A stretch of 64,000 nucleotides of DNA, from the NCBI RefSeq assembly GCF_009914755.1, contig NC_060933.1; one strand, written 5' to 3'. The translations under genes and the position numbers were made by a program. Shown piece by piece: positions 40,521-54,740 of the stretch (the first letter of the stretch is position 1; each line of letters begins with the position of its first letter). The notes under the pieces are model-generated. The model was not told the origin of the DNA. It did not search any database and saw only the letters and a list, made by a program, of their open reading frames with translations. Source of the DNA: the human T2T-CHM13v2.0 reference genome, Homo sapiens.

Positions 40521-43049
40521 ACCCAGAGGGTGAGGGACAGACCCTTGGAGCTCAACTGGCCACAGGGAAGACCCCTGCCACGGCTCACCCCTGCCCTGGG
40601 GGTCCTGATGTTCCCACCTAGGGCAGCCACCTCCCTCTGGGATCTCCCAGCTCTTTCATCCCAAGGTCCTTTCTTGGAGGTGACAAAGAGGGGCAGAGGA
40701 AAGCGCTGAGCCTGGCCCCACGCCAGGGCCCCCTTCCTGGAGGAAGGCAGGGCTTTACCTTGGTTGGCCCGGCTCCCAGGTGGCAGGTGGCCCCTGGCTA
40801 GACGCTCTGAAGGCCCCTGACACTTCCAGCATCCCAGCCTCCTGCCCAGGCTAGGGGTGCTCCTGCCTTGCTGGGCACCTGCAGGGCCTTAGGCTAGGCA
40901 CAGAGAGGCCATGCGGCTCCCGGGGCAGCCCAGCCCTCGGCCAGGCCACCCGCCTGCACTGAGGCCTCTCTGCTCCCCGGAGCGGATGATAAATGTCTGC
41001 CAAGCAGTGATTACAAACAGTGCAGCTGCCGGTTACAGGAACTGTGGCCGGGCGGGCGTGGCTCTGCCGGCAGTTGCGAGGGCTCAGGCTTCGTCCGGTG
41101 TGGAGACTTGACTGCCCCCCTTCTTTTTCTGGAGGGACAAAAAGACCAGATTTATCGTGGCCATAAGAAATCGTCTGAGCACTTAGCAGCTTCCCGCCCC
41201 TGGTTTGAGGGGAAGTTGGGGCTGTGGGGGCTGAGATGGGCTGGCCTGCGGGGAGTGGGGGCTGGCCAGCTCCCGGAATCCCCCTTCCCGAGGCTGCTCC
41301 ACCCACCAGGAGCACAGGGAGGCTGCTGCTGGGGGAGGGGCTGTGGCCGGGAAGTGCCCCCGCCCCCTTTCCCCACTGCCCTCGCTCAGCGAGGCTTTTC
41401 TCCTGGGAGAGACGGAAGAAGCCCCGACCAGCCAGGACAGGCTGGGGATTTAGGCCTCAAGGTTGTCCTTGAGGCCCAGGATGTCCAGCGGCAGCAGGCT
41501 CCCCTCCCGGGCCAGCCTCTGCCCTGCAGATGGGTGTCCCCTCTCCCAGCCCGGTCCTGTAAGAGTGGCCTGGGCCACATGGCTTCTCCCCTCTGAGCCT
41601 TGGTTTCCTTTCCTGCAAAATGGACAAAACGGGTGGATTCCAGGGCATCTGCCAGGCCGCCGAGGACAGCTCCCGGCCGTGGGGGGCTCACCCCGCAGGA
41701 GCCACTGTGATGTCCTGCCCCTCACTGGCCTCCTGGGCCCTGAGGAAGGAACGGAGGGGCAGGCTCTGGAGCTTGAGGGTGTGGGCCTCGGGGGCTTTGG
41801 GTAGACAAGCTGCCACACGCCTTCAGTGGAAATCCCAGCCATCGGAGCTGTAGGTGATCAGACTCCAATATTCAAAATAATCGGCGGGCCTGAATTTCCA
41901 TACAATAACTGTCTTATTAAATCTAAATTTAATGTGTATTTGGAATCCTTAATTTAAAGTGTTACTGCACCCACCATCTGCTCCACTCTCTAAATACAAA
42001 AGCAGCCAGCACATAACTCAGTGCGGCAGCGGAAAAGCGCGGTCCCGGGAGCGGCGCGCGCCACTACTGCTGCTGCGGGTCTGCCTGGCCTGGCCGGCTC
42101 TCCGAGGGCAGCAGTGACCCAGGCACTGCAGAGCCAGGCGGGAGAGGTGTCTGCTCCTGACCCAGCCTTCAAGGCTGCAGGAGCTCTGTGGCTGCCTGGC
42201 CCTCCTCCCTTCCCGGTGGGGCTCTGGTAGGCCTGGGCTCTGAGCATCGCGCCTGGGTTCGGGCCATGCCGCTGCCTGCCCGCCCTTCCCTCTTGTGTCC
42301 TGGACACCCTGCAGAGCCTGCTCCTGGCCATCTCCAGCACGAAGACTTCCCCTGCTGCCCTGACCACTGCCCTCTGCCTCCTCCCTGATGTGACGGGAGC
42401 CGGGCCGCTAGGTGACCCCCTGGGGTTCCTTTCCTGTGAACTCACTGGTACCTATGGCTGTCTCTGCAGAGGCCACCCACCCTGGACCCTGGACTCTGAG
42501 CCGCCAGCCCTGGCCAAAACCACCCCTGGCTTGGAAGGGAGGGCAGGCGGCCCTGCCTGGGGCCAGAGTACCCAGGGACAGCCCCTCCTCCACCAGGGAG
42601 CCCCTGGCCTTGGGCCAGCCCCCGTCACCCCAGCTCCTCCCTGTGACCAATAACGTCCCATGGGTGGGACTCCCAGTCCAGGCCAACCCTTCACCATGCC
42701 ATCCTCTGCAGGATGAAGTTAGAGCCCTTGGAGGGGCCAGTGTTGCCCCCAGAGCGTCTTCACCACAGAGGCGAATGCATTGGGGGCAGAGCCACGTCTC
42801 CACCTCTCATCCCTGTGCCCCGGCCGCTGGGGACGCAACTGTGCAAGGAGCCACCACCCACCTGCTCACGTGCAAGCCCAGCTGAGCCCCCCAGACCCCA
42901 CTCACGGCCAGCCCTGTGAGGGCACCCGGCCCGGCTGAGCCCCCCACAACACCAGGTCCTCACACAGGACAGTGGCGGGAGGGCACAGCTGCACGACCTG
43001 ATTCAGATTCCCATCTCAGCTCCACCACTCACTAGCTGTGAGGTGGTTG

Positions 43050-43600
43050 TTTTTTTTAGCTTTTTAAAAATTGTGGTAAAATACACAAAACACGTGACCA
43101 TTTTAACCAGTGCAAAGTGTACAGTTCAGTGGCATTAAGTACATTCATAACACTATTGTGCAACTAACACCATTATCTAGTTCCAGAACCTTCTCCCACA
43201 AAGGAAACCCCGACCCCATTCAGCAGCCACCCCCACACCTCCCTGGCCGCCACCCCCAGGTCCTGGCCACCCCCCTCCACCGTCTGTCTCCACAGAGTTG
43301 CCTGCTCGGGGCCTTTCATATCGATGGAGTTGGGTAACACGCGCCTTCCCTCACTTAGCAGAGTCTTTTTTCTTTTTCTTTTTTTTTCTTTCCTTTTCTT
43401 TTTTATTATTATTATACTTGAAGTTCTAGCGTACATGGGCACAACGTGCAGGTTTGTTACGTATATATACGTGTTCCATGTTGGTGTGCTGCACTCCTAG
43501 CAGAGTCTTTCCAAGGGTCATCCGCGCTCGTGGCTGTGAACATTCGTGCACACGTTGTGCCAGGAGGGAGCGGCCGGGTCACGTGGTGATTCTGTGTTTA
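43050..43600 (-). mobile_element. Old L1M 3' fragment containing a ~130-bp 5'-truncated L1PA insertion (43369-43497)
   Basis: ttgtggtaaaatacac...gtacagttcagtggcattaagtacattca is L1M. ttattatacttgaagttctagcgtacatgggcacaacgtgcaggtttgttac is the L1PA 3' end, flanked by the TSD tagcagagtcttt. Confidence 0.8.
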
Positions 43601-43602
43601 AC

Positions 43603-43877
43603 TTTTTTTTTTTTTTTTTTTTTTTTTGAGACGGAGTCTCACTCTGTCGCCCACGCTGGAGTTCAGCAGCACCATCTCCGCTCACCGCAAGCTCCGCCTC
43701 CCGGGTTCACGCCAGTCTCCTCCCTCAGCCTCCCGAGTAGGTGGGACTACAGGCGCCCACCACCACGCCCGGCTAATTTTTTGTATTTTTAGTAGAGACG
43801 GGGTTTCACCCTGACCTTGTGATCCGCCCGCCCCGGCCTCCCAAAGTGCTGGGATTACAGGTGTGAGCCACCGCGTC
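43603..43877 (-). mobile_element. Alu (AluY-like, internally deleted), TSD ctgtgtttaactttt
   Basis: gcaagctccgcctcccgggttcacgcca; lacks ~30 nt after gggtttcacc; direct repeat on both flanks. Confidence 0.92.
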
Positions 43878-46800
43878 CTGTGTTTAACTTTTTAAGACCC
43901 GTTTCTGCTGGGTGTGACTGCGCCATTTGACCTCCTCTCTGACCATAAGATTGTGAGCCTCTGGAAGCCACGATGTTCCCGTCTGCTAATGGGAATCATC
44001 ATCTCTCGGCAGCACGAGGAAGCCAGAGGGAGAGGATGGGGTCGGCTTCGCCGAGGGTGCGCACCACGGCTCTGTCGCCATGGTGACCCACGAGCCTGGC
44101 CTTTGCAGGAAGCCCCAGGCCTGTTCCACCATCTGTACATGCTGACGCCAGGTGAGCTGTGGAACTGAACAGAACCAAAGGGACTCCGATGGAACGGCTG
44201 AGGGCACTTCTGGCCCTGAGGCTCTGCTGAGCCGTCGCAAGCCCATGCTGGGCGGTCACGCCTGTCTCATCGTTGCAGCAGCTGGTCTGGCCTGATGCTC
44301 CAGGTGGACGCTTCGTTCTTGGCTCGGCCCGTGGAAACCATGAAAAGTGGAGGTCCTGTGTGGGGCATCTGCAACATACCAGCCACGGAGCTCGGGGCTC
44401 ACAGTAGCTTCTCAGTAAATACTGAATGGACGCCTGGTTTCCAGTTTCCGTGACACATTGGTAAGATGGCAATCGTTACCCTGTTTTACAAAATCTTAGA
44501 CAAGTTAAGTGACTCTGAAAGTCCCCCGGCCAGGACATGGAGCTGGGACCTGGTCTCAGGCTCACCTGGCTCCCGACTGCTAGGCCGCTGTGCACATGTG
44601 TGCAGGTTGCTACTGCACATGGGCACTCAGCTGAAGGGGAGAAAGGGGCGAATCTCCAGTCCCCATCCTTTCTCCCTCCCCGCCATCACGTGCCAGGCAC
44701 TGCCTTTGCCCAGGGGCTCCTTGTGATTGTAACAGAAGGCCGAGTGGCCTGGTGGGTCCGGGACCCATTCTGTGCTGCTGGCTCACCCTCCACACAGCAA
44801 CACCACGGGCACCGTTTCCACGGGCACCATTTCCACGGGCACCATTTGCTTCTGTTGCATGACAAGGGTCGGGCCGGAGAGAGGCCTGCGTCCCTGACCA
44901 GAGCCCATGAGGGAGGAAGCGGCACAGAACAGCACCAGCCTCTGTGTGGGGCTCAGGCCGTGGGCTCAGGCCCTCCATGTTCTGGCTTCCAGCGCAGGAG
45001 GAACAGAATGGGATTCTGCTGTGGTCGGTCCTCCCTTGCCAACTGGGGAGGTGGTCATTGTCCCATACAGAGAAGGAGACTGAGGCTCCGGGTGGCCAGG
45101 ATGTAAGCCCAGGCCCCTTGCCCTTCACGGTCCTCTCCACTCGACCCGCCCATCTTGGGTAATTGTGGTGTTTGGATCCAGCTTTTTCTCAGTTTTTGGC
45201 ACAGAATCCCTCAGCGAAACCCTTCAGGGGGCCTAGCGTGTGTGTCGGGCAGCTGAGCTTCCGCCTGTCCTGAGCAAAGCCCGCCTGACCAGGCGTTTCC
45301 CGGGGTGTCCTACACACAGGCAGTGCCGTGTGCTTTGTAAAAATGGCCACTTTGAGCCCCCATACCTTGCTGGTGGGCACCGGCATTATCCCATTTTACA
45401 GAGGTGAACACTGAGGCCGAGAGGAGCTGAGCTACACCCCAAGGCCTAATGGGGAGCACCCCAGGGAACCCCACACCTCCCAGCCCGAGGCCCGGGCCAG
45501 CACCTCCCCGGGCACAGCCGTGCAGCCTCCCCGCCCCCTCAGGCTCCTCTCTGCAGCATTTCCCCAGGAAGTTGTACATATTTTTACGGAGCTGGTTCTC
45601 CGCCCGGATCACAGCCGCGGTCCTAGCAGTAATTGACTGCTCTCTAATCAAATTGATTTCCATTCCAATGAGTCCCGCCGTCCTCTCCATTCCGGGAACG
45701 CTGTTTTAGCAGGCAGAGCTCGGTACAAACGCACCATCAAACTGCACAACGCAGAGCGCACCGCGGTCCTCTCTGCCACCCAGTGACAGCTAAATGGCCT
45801 GAGGGCTTAGGCCTGGCCACTCACTGATGCATTCCCACTCAGGAGGGGCACACACCCTGGGCTCATCTGCATCTGATGGGAGGGCTTGGTGTGTATTCAG
45901 AGTGGGTCAGAGTGATGGGATTTATTTCCCATCGAGTCCCACCAGAGCCTCACCTGTCCCTACTCTGCTGGGGCTGGCCCGGCCGTTGCCTTCTGTTCCT
46001 GTAGTCCCAGCTGCTCCTCTCGGCTGTGGCCCAGCATGGAGCTGGCTGGCTCTTCCTCCTGCACACTCCAGCCTGGGACTGAAGGCCCCTGGAGTTTCCA
46101 CATAGGCTGACCCCAGAGTCGACTCCGTCTAGGCTATTTCTAGGTCTGCTTAGACCACTGCCTTGGGAGCACAAGAAGGCGGGGGGTGGTCCTGAGGCTG
46201 TGAATGCCCAGGGCCCTGTGGTTCCTGGCGCCTGACAGACCCGAAGCCCATCAGGGCTGGCAGGGACATTCATACTCAGCCTACTTCAGGTGGGTGAGGA
46301 GAGGGGTGGCCTGCCCAAGGCCCCAGGCCCCCTGCCGCCCAGCTCCTGGCCCGGCCCCACCACCTGCACCCTCACGTGGTGTTCCCAGAAGCCGGAGCAA
46401 CTTGGCGGGTGCCTTGTGCAGGTGGGGGACCTCCTGGGACTCTCCAGGCCTTCCTGGGTGACCACACCTGTGGGCGGAGTAATGGGGGTCTCCAGGTGTC
46501 TCCTTCTCTGTCCCATCAGAGGGAGCCTGAGTTTTAAAGCCAACGCAGCAGTCCCTCAAAGCTTCCTGACTGACCACAGTGGCTCCCAAGCCAGGGACTC
46601 CGACGGGAGGTGACCCCCATTCCTCCTCCCCTGGGTGCAAGGAGCTGGAGCCCGGTGGGGTGGGCACACACAGAACCAGGAGGAGCAGGAGGAGCCTCTG
46701 TGGGTTCCCCTGGCGCTGTCAGGAACCAAGGCTGCCAGCCCTGCCGCTCCAGGGAGGCACAGGCGCCTCCAGGCCGGCTCCAGAATCCTGCCAGCCCCTC

Positions 46801-47346
46801 TGTGCTTGGGCCTGGGGGCTTCTTTCTGCCACAGCCACTGTTACGATGGAGGAGAGACACTGTCATCAGCTTCCTGCCCCCTGGCCAGCACCTGGGCTAG
46901 GTTGGCACTGGAGGTGCGCTCACACGCCAGGTGAGATGCCAGCCGGGAGCAGGGCTCCCCAGGCCTCGCTCACAAAAAGCGTGGGATGCCCCTGCTGGCC
47001 CTCGGCTGTGGCTGCCAGTTCTCACAGCCTCAAGACTCTGATTCCAGAAACTGAAGTCAGAACAGACAGGTGCTGCCCAGGGACCTGCCCCAGCCCTGGG
47101 ACCTGTGACATGGGCCCCGTGTCCCTTCTGATGCAGAATCCAGTCACCAAGCTCCAACTCTGTGGTCATGCCTGGCTGTTCTGGGGTGAGCAGACTGCTG
47201 GTGCCCCACAAGGCCTCTGCAGCGGCTGTTGGTGATTTGGCCTCTGGTGACACTGAGATGGGCCTAGAGCAGCCCCTCCCCCAGGCAGTGGGACCCTCTC
47301 TCTTCCCACCCCTCCACTGTGGGCAGCTCTGGGTGGATGGAAAATG

Positions 47347-47593
47347 GTTTTATTTTTATTTTTATTTTTATTTTTTGATGGAGTCTTACTCTGTGGCCAA
47401 AGGCTGGAGTGCAGTGGTGTGATCTTGGCTTACTATAGCCTCCTCCTCCCGGTTGCCTAACCATGCCCGGCTAATTTTGTATCTTTGGTAGAGATGGGGT
47501 TTCACCATGGCTGGTCTCAAACTCCTGACCTCAAGTGATTCGCCCGCCTCGGCCTCCCAAAGTGCTGGGATTACAGGCATGAGCCACCGGCCG
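47347..47593 (-). mobile_element. Alu with internal deletions
   Basis: Reverse Alu with aaatggtttt flanks. Confidence 0.85.
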
Positions 47594-47896
47594 GGAAATG
47601 GTTTTAGTGCAAATACCATAAGCAAGGCAAAGGCTGGGAGGCAGTGAGGCCCACACTGTCAGCAGCCAGGCAGGGGCGGCCCAGCCATGCCCCAGGGAGG
47701 GGTGTTCCCTAGAGGAAGGGCCCCAGGGTGCTTTGTCCTCCCCTGCTCAGCAATCTGAGCAGCCAAGGCTTCCAGAACCCCATTATCAGCAGACCCAGAT
47801 CTCAGGCGCCAGCATCAAAGAGAAAAACGCAAGCAAGTATATCTGGCATCTCGGAGGAGGGTACAAGATGAGTGGATATTAAAACACCGAACTTTG

Positions 47897-48413
<517 letters not shown>

Positions 48414-49838
48414 CTACCATCCAGGTCAGAGGAAGATTTTTTTTAACACTCATCCATCTGGTACAAAGGGAAACCATTCGTAAGCCCCGGTGTTGGTAAG
48501 GGGGCGGCATACAGGCACATCTCTGGCGAGGACCGCGGATGCCTCTCAGGCGGGCCGTGAGGACACCTCCACCCCGGCGTTCCCATGAGCCCAGCAAAGG
48601 GAAGCTGAGCAAAGATGCGCAGAGCACCCCGATCTGGACGAGGCCTGCAGACCACAAAGCTGGATGCAGTGAGTGTGCAATTGTTGTGTGAGGCTGTCCG
48701 CACCTGGGTCCGTGTAGTCTCTGCACACGAGTCTGTGCTGTATGAGGAAAAAGCCAGGTCTCTCCACCAGAGAGTGTGGGCCGTCCTCTCTGGGCAGGAG
48801 GGATGCCCTTATGGCCTCACTCTGTGTGGCCAGGATGTTGAATGCAGAGTCCAGGCCCATGCCAGACCCCCAGAGCCAGATCTGTGCACTAACAAGATGC
48901 CCGGGGCGGGGGGGGGGGGGGGCGGGGTTGGAGGCACAGTAAATGTGAGGAGCCTGATGGAGTTCATGCCCTTGGCTGAACATGTGGGGAAACTGAGGCA
49001 CAGAACAAGGCGATCTCATGAAAAGGTGGCATCAGAGGGGTGTTCCAGTGTTGTTTGGGGGTGGTTTTTGCTGCATGGTGGTTTTTGCTCCCACAGAAAA
49101 GGGGTGCTGCTTGGTCAAAGCTTCAGCGGTGGGGAGGGAAAGGAGTGGGGTGGGCAGCAGTGAGGCCCCTGGGGGAAGGGGCAGGATTCTGAGGACATCA
49201 ACAAGGCAGGGCTGGCATGGGAGACAGGTGCAGGCCCCTGCTGGGGAAGTGATGGGTTTCAGGGGGTGGGGGGCTCCCTGCCCTGGTGGGGGCGGCCTGG
49301 GGTGAACCCTTCCTCCAAGCTCGTCCGACCCAGGCTACCAGGGAAAGACTCATGGCAGAGGCCTCCAGAAAGAAAGGGGCTTGGGTCCTCCCTGAGCTAC
49401 TTGTTTAGAGCAAGGAGCCTCCATCTCTCTCAGACTCACCCCCAGCCCCCAGCCCTGGCCGGGTCACCTCGCCCGCTGTCAGCAAGAACGTGGCTTCAGC
49501 TTCTAAAGCAGCCCTAAGGCTGGCCGGCATGGCCCGTTCACGTTCACGGACACTGGCCCCTCCTGGGTGCGGGAGCTGCCTCAGGGTTGCAGTCAGGTTG
49601 GCTGGGCTGAGGGCGCCTCTGCTTAACCCTCTCCTCTCCTGCAGGCCCTGAGTGAACCCAAAGCCACTGCTGGGAAACACAGAACGTGCCGGGAAAGGCC
49701 TCCCTCTGCAGCTGCTCCTGGCATCCCTGCACGGGGCCTGAGGCTTGTCACAGGCCACGAGCCGCACGCCCTGCCCCGCCTGGTCCTCTCAGCAGCCTTT
49801 CCCGGGGGATCAGTTTCTCTTCCCCACCCTGTCTTTAA

Positions 49839-50585
<747 letters not shown>

Positions 50586-53500
50586 TGACCGTGGTATCCT
50601 GCAGGGTCTTTGGGGCCACCCGAGTGCTTCTCCCCAGGGACCCCGATCCACCTGCCTGGCTGCAGCCAGGCTGGTCTGAGGGCGCCCCAGGGAGGATTCC
50701 TTGCCTTTGGGATGGCCAGGCTGAGCCCAGTGCCCACCCCAGCTTTGGTGCTGACTCCCTCACAGGTGTCCTGAGCTTCAACTGGCCACTGTGCAGGCTC
50801 TTGCCACTGCTACTGTCAACCTTCCCAAAGAGCCACCTCCATGTCACCCTGTTCCCTGAGGAACAGGGCCAAACAGCCCAATCCATCCCTCCTTGGAGGA
50901 GAGCCGAGGAAGCCCCTCGTGGTGCGGGTGGGGTGACGTGAAGGGACAGGTGGCACCTCAATGTGTGTGTGTGGTAGGAAGGAGACCTCAACCCTGGGCT
51001 GGGATCCCAGTTCCAGGGCCACCCCTGGGCTGAGGCACCTGGAAAGACACGTCCCCTCTCACCAGCTCACAGGCCCCAAGCCCAACCTTGAACCGGGTCT
51101 TGTCTGTCCCAGAGCCCCTTCGTCACTGGGAAGTGCCTGGTCTCCAGGAAGGGTCCTGGCCGACTGATGAGGGACATGAGACAGCTGGGGAACCAGGTCC
51201 AGTGGCCAGCCAGAGCTGCGGACATTCCTGGGCTGCTGGAGCCTCCCAGCTGGAGGGGAGGGAGGAGCGGGGGATGAAGACACGTGTCCAGGGCCTCGGA
51301 GGCTGTCCCTCTGTCCCTCTGCCTCCTGACTGTCCCGTGTGACCCTCCCTCCTTCTCTCCCGAGTGCAGCCCACAGCGGGGCCGCAGCTGCTTCCTTGAG
51401 AGGGAGCCTAGTTTTGCCCTCAGGAGGACTCCAGGAAGAGGGGCTGAGGGGAGTGAGGGGTGGGCACCGGGGAGCTGGCTCCTCAAGGGCTTGGCTTGGA
51501 AGGGGGGGGGCACCCTGAAGCTCCCGTGCCAGGGAGAGCTGCCTCCTGGTGCCAGGGTAGGCATCCGGCGCTGGTGCTCAGGGAGCCCCATTCCAGAACC
51601 TGCCCGACTACGGGGGCCAGAGGGACACATAGTGACCTCCCCAGGTGGCCTCATCTTACCTGCTGGAGCCGGGAGCCAGCCAAACACCTCAGCCAGCCCT
51701 GGCCCCATCTCGAGGCCCCTGCCCCCACCTCAGGATGCCGGCTCTGCCCAGCCTGGGTCTCGAGCGCGGGTGGGAATGGTGTTTGGCAGAGACCCAGTTC
51801 CTTTGCTGGCTCGGCCTGGCTGTTTGCCCACTGAGAGGTCCGTGCACCCCACCCAAACTCCTCTCTCTCTGGGCCCCAAGCCTGCCCCAGGCAGCTGAGC
51901 CCTGCCTGGGAGAGGGGCCCTGGAGAGGCTGGGTGGGGACTTCCAGTCATCGGGAACCTTCCCACCTGCAGGACTGCTCAGCACCCTTGGCCCACCCAGA
52001 GTCACCTCCCTTAGCCTGGTGGGGTCCCAGGCAGCCAGGCGGCCCCTCCACAGCGGCTCCCCACTCCCTCTGGAAGCCCAGCCCTCAGCTCACTTCTGCT
52101 GCATTTCCAGTGGGGCTACCTGGAATTCCCCCAAACCCCACCCTAGGCCTCCTCTACCTGCTCCCAGCTCTAGCCCTCCAGGGTGGCCACAGTTCCCCAG
52201 GGAGCCCCAAGGGGAGGGTGTGGCCTCGGGCCCTCACCCTGAGGGCGGGGATCTAGTCCTCTCCAAGCCTCTCCACCCCACATCTCTGTTACAGCCCGTG
52301 GAATCCTGTGGACACCCCACCACTCAATCTACCTCCTGCCCCCCACCCCTGTGTGCTCAGATCTATGTGGGGCCCCCAGTGATCAAGAGGTCATGGGAGC
52401 TGGGTTCCTCTGGGCGGCCAGATGAGGCCCCATCCTCCCCCCACCCGCCCCACCCCCTTCCTGCCCCAGGGATCTTCTCCCAGCCTGAGATGTCCACCGC
52501 CAGACACCTTCCTGTCTTTGAGACCAGAGAGTCCTGGCCTGAGGGCCACAGTGCCCCACGGCAGGGTCAGCTGCTCCGGCTGTGCGGATAGGGACCCTCT
52601 GCCCCTAACCTGCTGCCCCCGCCCTCCTTCCTCTTACCAGTGAAAGTCCCCCCACCCCCACCATGGTTCCTCCCCAAGAGGCCTGTGTCCACCACCAAAC
52701 AGAATGTCTGGCCAGCCTACCCCTCACGGGCCGCCTGGTGGGACAGGCACAGGGAAGGGCTGGACGTCCCCCAGCCCCTCTGTAACAGCAGAATCAGGCC
52801 GGGAGGTGGGTGAAGGCAGGGGTGCTCTTACTGGCAGCCCGAGGAGCCTTCATCTCCTCATCAGAGTGGGGTCTGTCCAGCCCACAGGTGCCAGAAGGCA
52901 CGCGTGACCCAAAGCGGCTGAGCGAGGGTGGTCACAGGGCCCCAACCCAGCCCCTCGGGCTCCCCGCAGGCACCCTTCCCTCCCCAGACTCTGGGCTCAG
53001 CTCCCTCCCAGGCCCCTCCCCCACCCAGGGCTCCTGACCCTTTTGTGCAGAAGCACAAAGGGCCGGGGACAAAGCCGTGGGTCCTGCTGACACAGCGCCC
53101 TCCTCCTGTCCAAACTGACAAAGGGGGTGGGAGGCCCATGCAAGGCTCCTGATGCCTCAGCCGGTTTCTGTCGGGGCTGCAAGGGCGAGGCGGCCGTGGG
53201 AAGGATGGGGGACGGGGAATGGGGGACAAGGGATGGGATGGGCAGCAGGTGCCTGGCTCCCCCTCCTCCTTGGAAAACCAGGGCCGACTTGGTGGAGGAC
53301 TGGGCTGGGTAGGCCCCCTCCCAGAGTGGCAGGATTCCTGGGCCAAGGTGGGGCATTCTCCACGACCCTCCCTCCCCTAACTGGGCCACCCAGACCTCAG
53401 CAGTCCTAGCTGCTGAGGGGGCCTGGGACCCACCTGGGTGCGGCATTTGGGGTCTTGCAGGTGTGCATCCAAGCTGTCTGTCCTCACCAAGCTCCCCACC

Positions 53501-54734
53501 AGCCAGGCAGGTGCTGGCCCTGAGAGCTGGGGGCTCTGCTCCTTCTCCAGGAAGTTGAGTCGGATACACTTACCCTGGAGGCCTGGGGCTGGGCTTGGTG
53601 GTGGGATGGGGACTGGAACACTCCGTGTTCCCTGGCCCCCACTGGGGAACAGACCCCTTGGGCATTCCTGGTGGGGACAGTGTGGTGATGTGGCTCCTGT
53701 AGGAGGCAATGGCTCAGGGTGACCTCAAGCGCCATCCCCTTGCCACATGGGCCCTTCCATCCAGGGGGCCCATATGGAAACCACATCCATCCATTTGAGA
53801 CAATCAGGGGCTGCCCTATGCTGGCTCCAGAGGACCCTCTTCTGGGAACATGGCCATGAAGCCCTGCCCAATAAATCCACCACCTCCCTCCAGTACGGCG
53901 GGTGCCATGAACCCTGTGAAAGGGGAAGAGAGGCCAGGGAGGGGTGCCCGTAAGGTGATCAGGGGTGGTCCCCTGGACGAGACCCTCACAGGACCGCAGG
54001 AAGTGAGGAGCCTGCCAGGAAGGTATCCAGAGGAAAGTGCTTCCAGACGTAGGAGGCACCCATCAAGGGCCCGGCAGGACAGGTCTGGGGGACACATGAT
54101 TGCAAAGCACTCAGCCTGTCCTTGTGGATACGCCAGAGGAGCAAAAGGGAATGGGGCTGGCCACGCAGCCTGAACCCCAGGACACCAGCCCCAGAGCTGG
54201 AGAGAAGGCCAACCCCGCGGGCCCAGCTCTGCCCACCTGCACTTGTCTCTCTGTTCACCTGGGGGCAGACATGGCCCGGGAGGGGGTGGGGGAGGGGGAG
54301 GGAAAGAAGGAGCCACGCACCTTTTGGGTGGCAGGTGAGGCAGATGAAGGGGCTGCCCCACTTCTCAGACAATAAAACCAAGGTCCCGAAAAGGAGACCC
54401 CCCGACCCTGGCAGGTTGCCTGCGGGTCCGGACAGGGCCCCCCTCTAGCAGGCACACTAGTACCTGCAGACATCCTACCCACCTGCCCCTTCCCTTGTAA
54501 AACACTGAGGAGAGCAAGAGATGGGTCAGGTGACCTTGAACCCCACAGCCAGATCCCTGCCCTGTTGTGTGGACAGCTGGCCTGGGGACGCCGCTAACAG
54601 GGACGGGGTCCTGAGGGTGCCCCTGGGGGACCATTGGCCACCCCTGCCTTCAATAGCCCAAGCTTGGCTTCTCTGTGTCTCCCCCAAACCCCACAGGGCC
54701 AAGCCAAGTCCAGGAAACTTAGGTTTGAACTGAC

Positions 54735-54740
54735 TTTATT
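54735..54740 (-). terminator. NACC2: Distal poly(A) signal AATAAA of NACC2 (cleavage ~54715)
   Basis: tttatt on + at the edge of the AT-rich UTR block, followed on - by GU-rich cttggcttggccctgtggggtttggggg. Confidence 0.75.
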
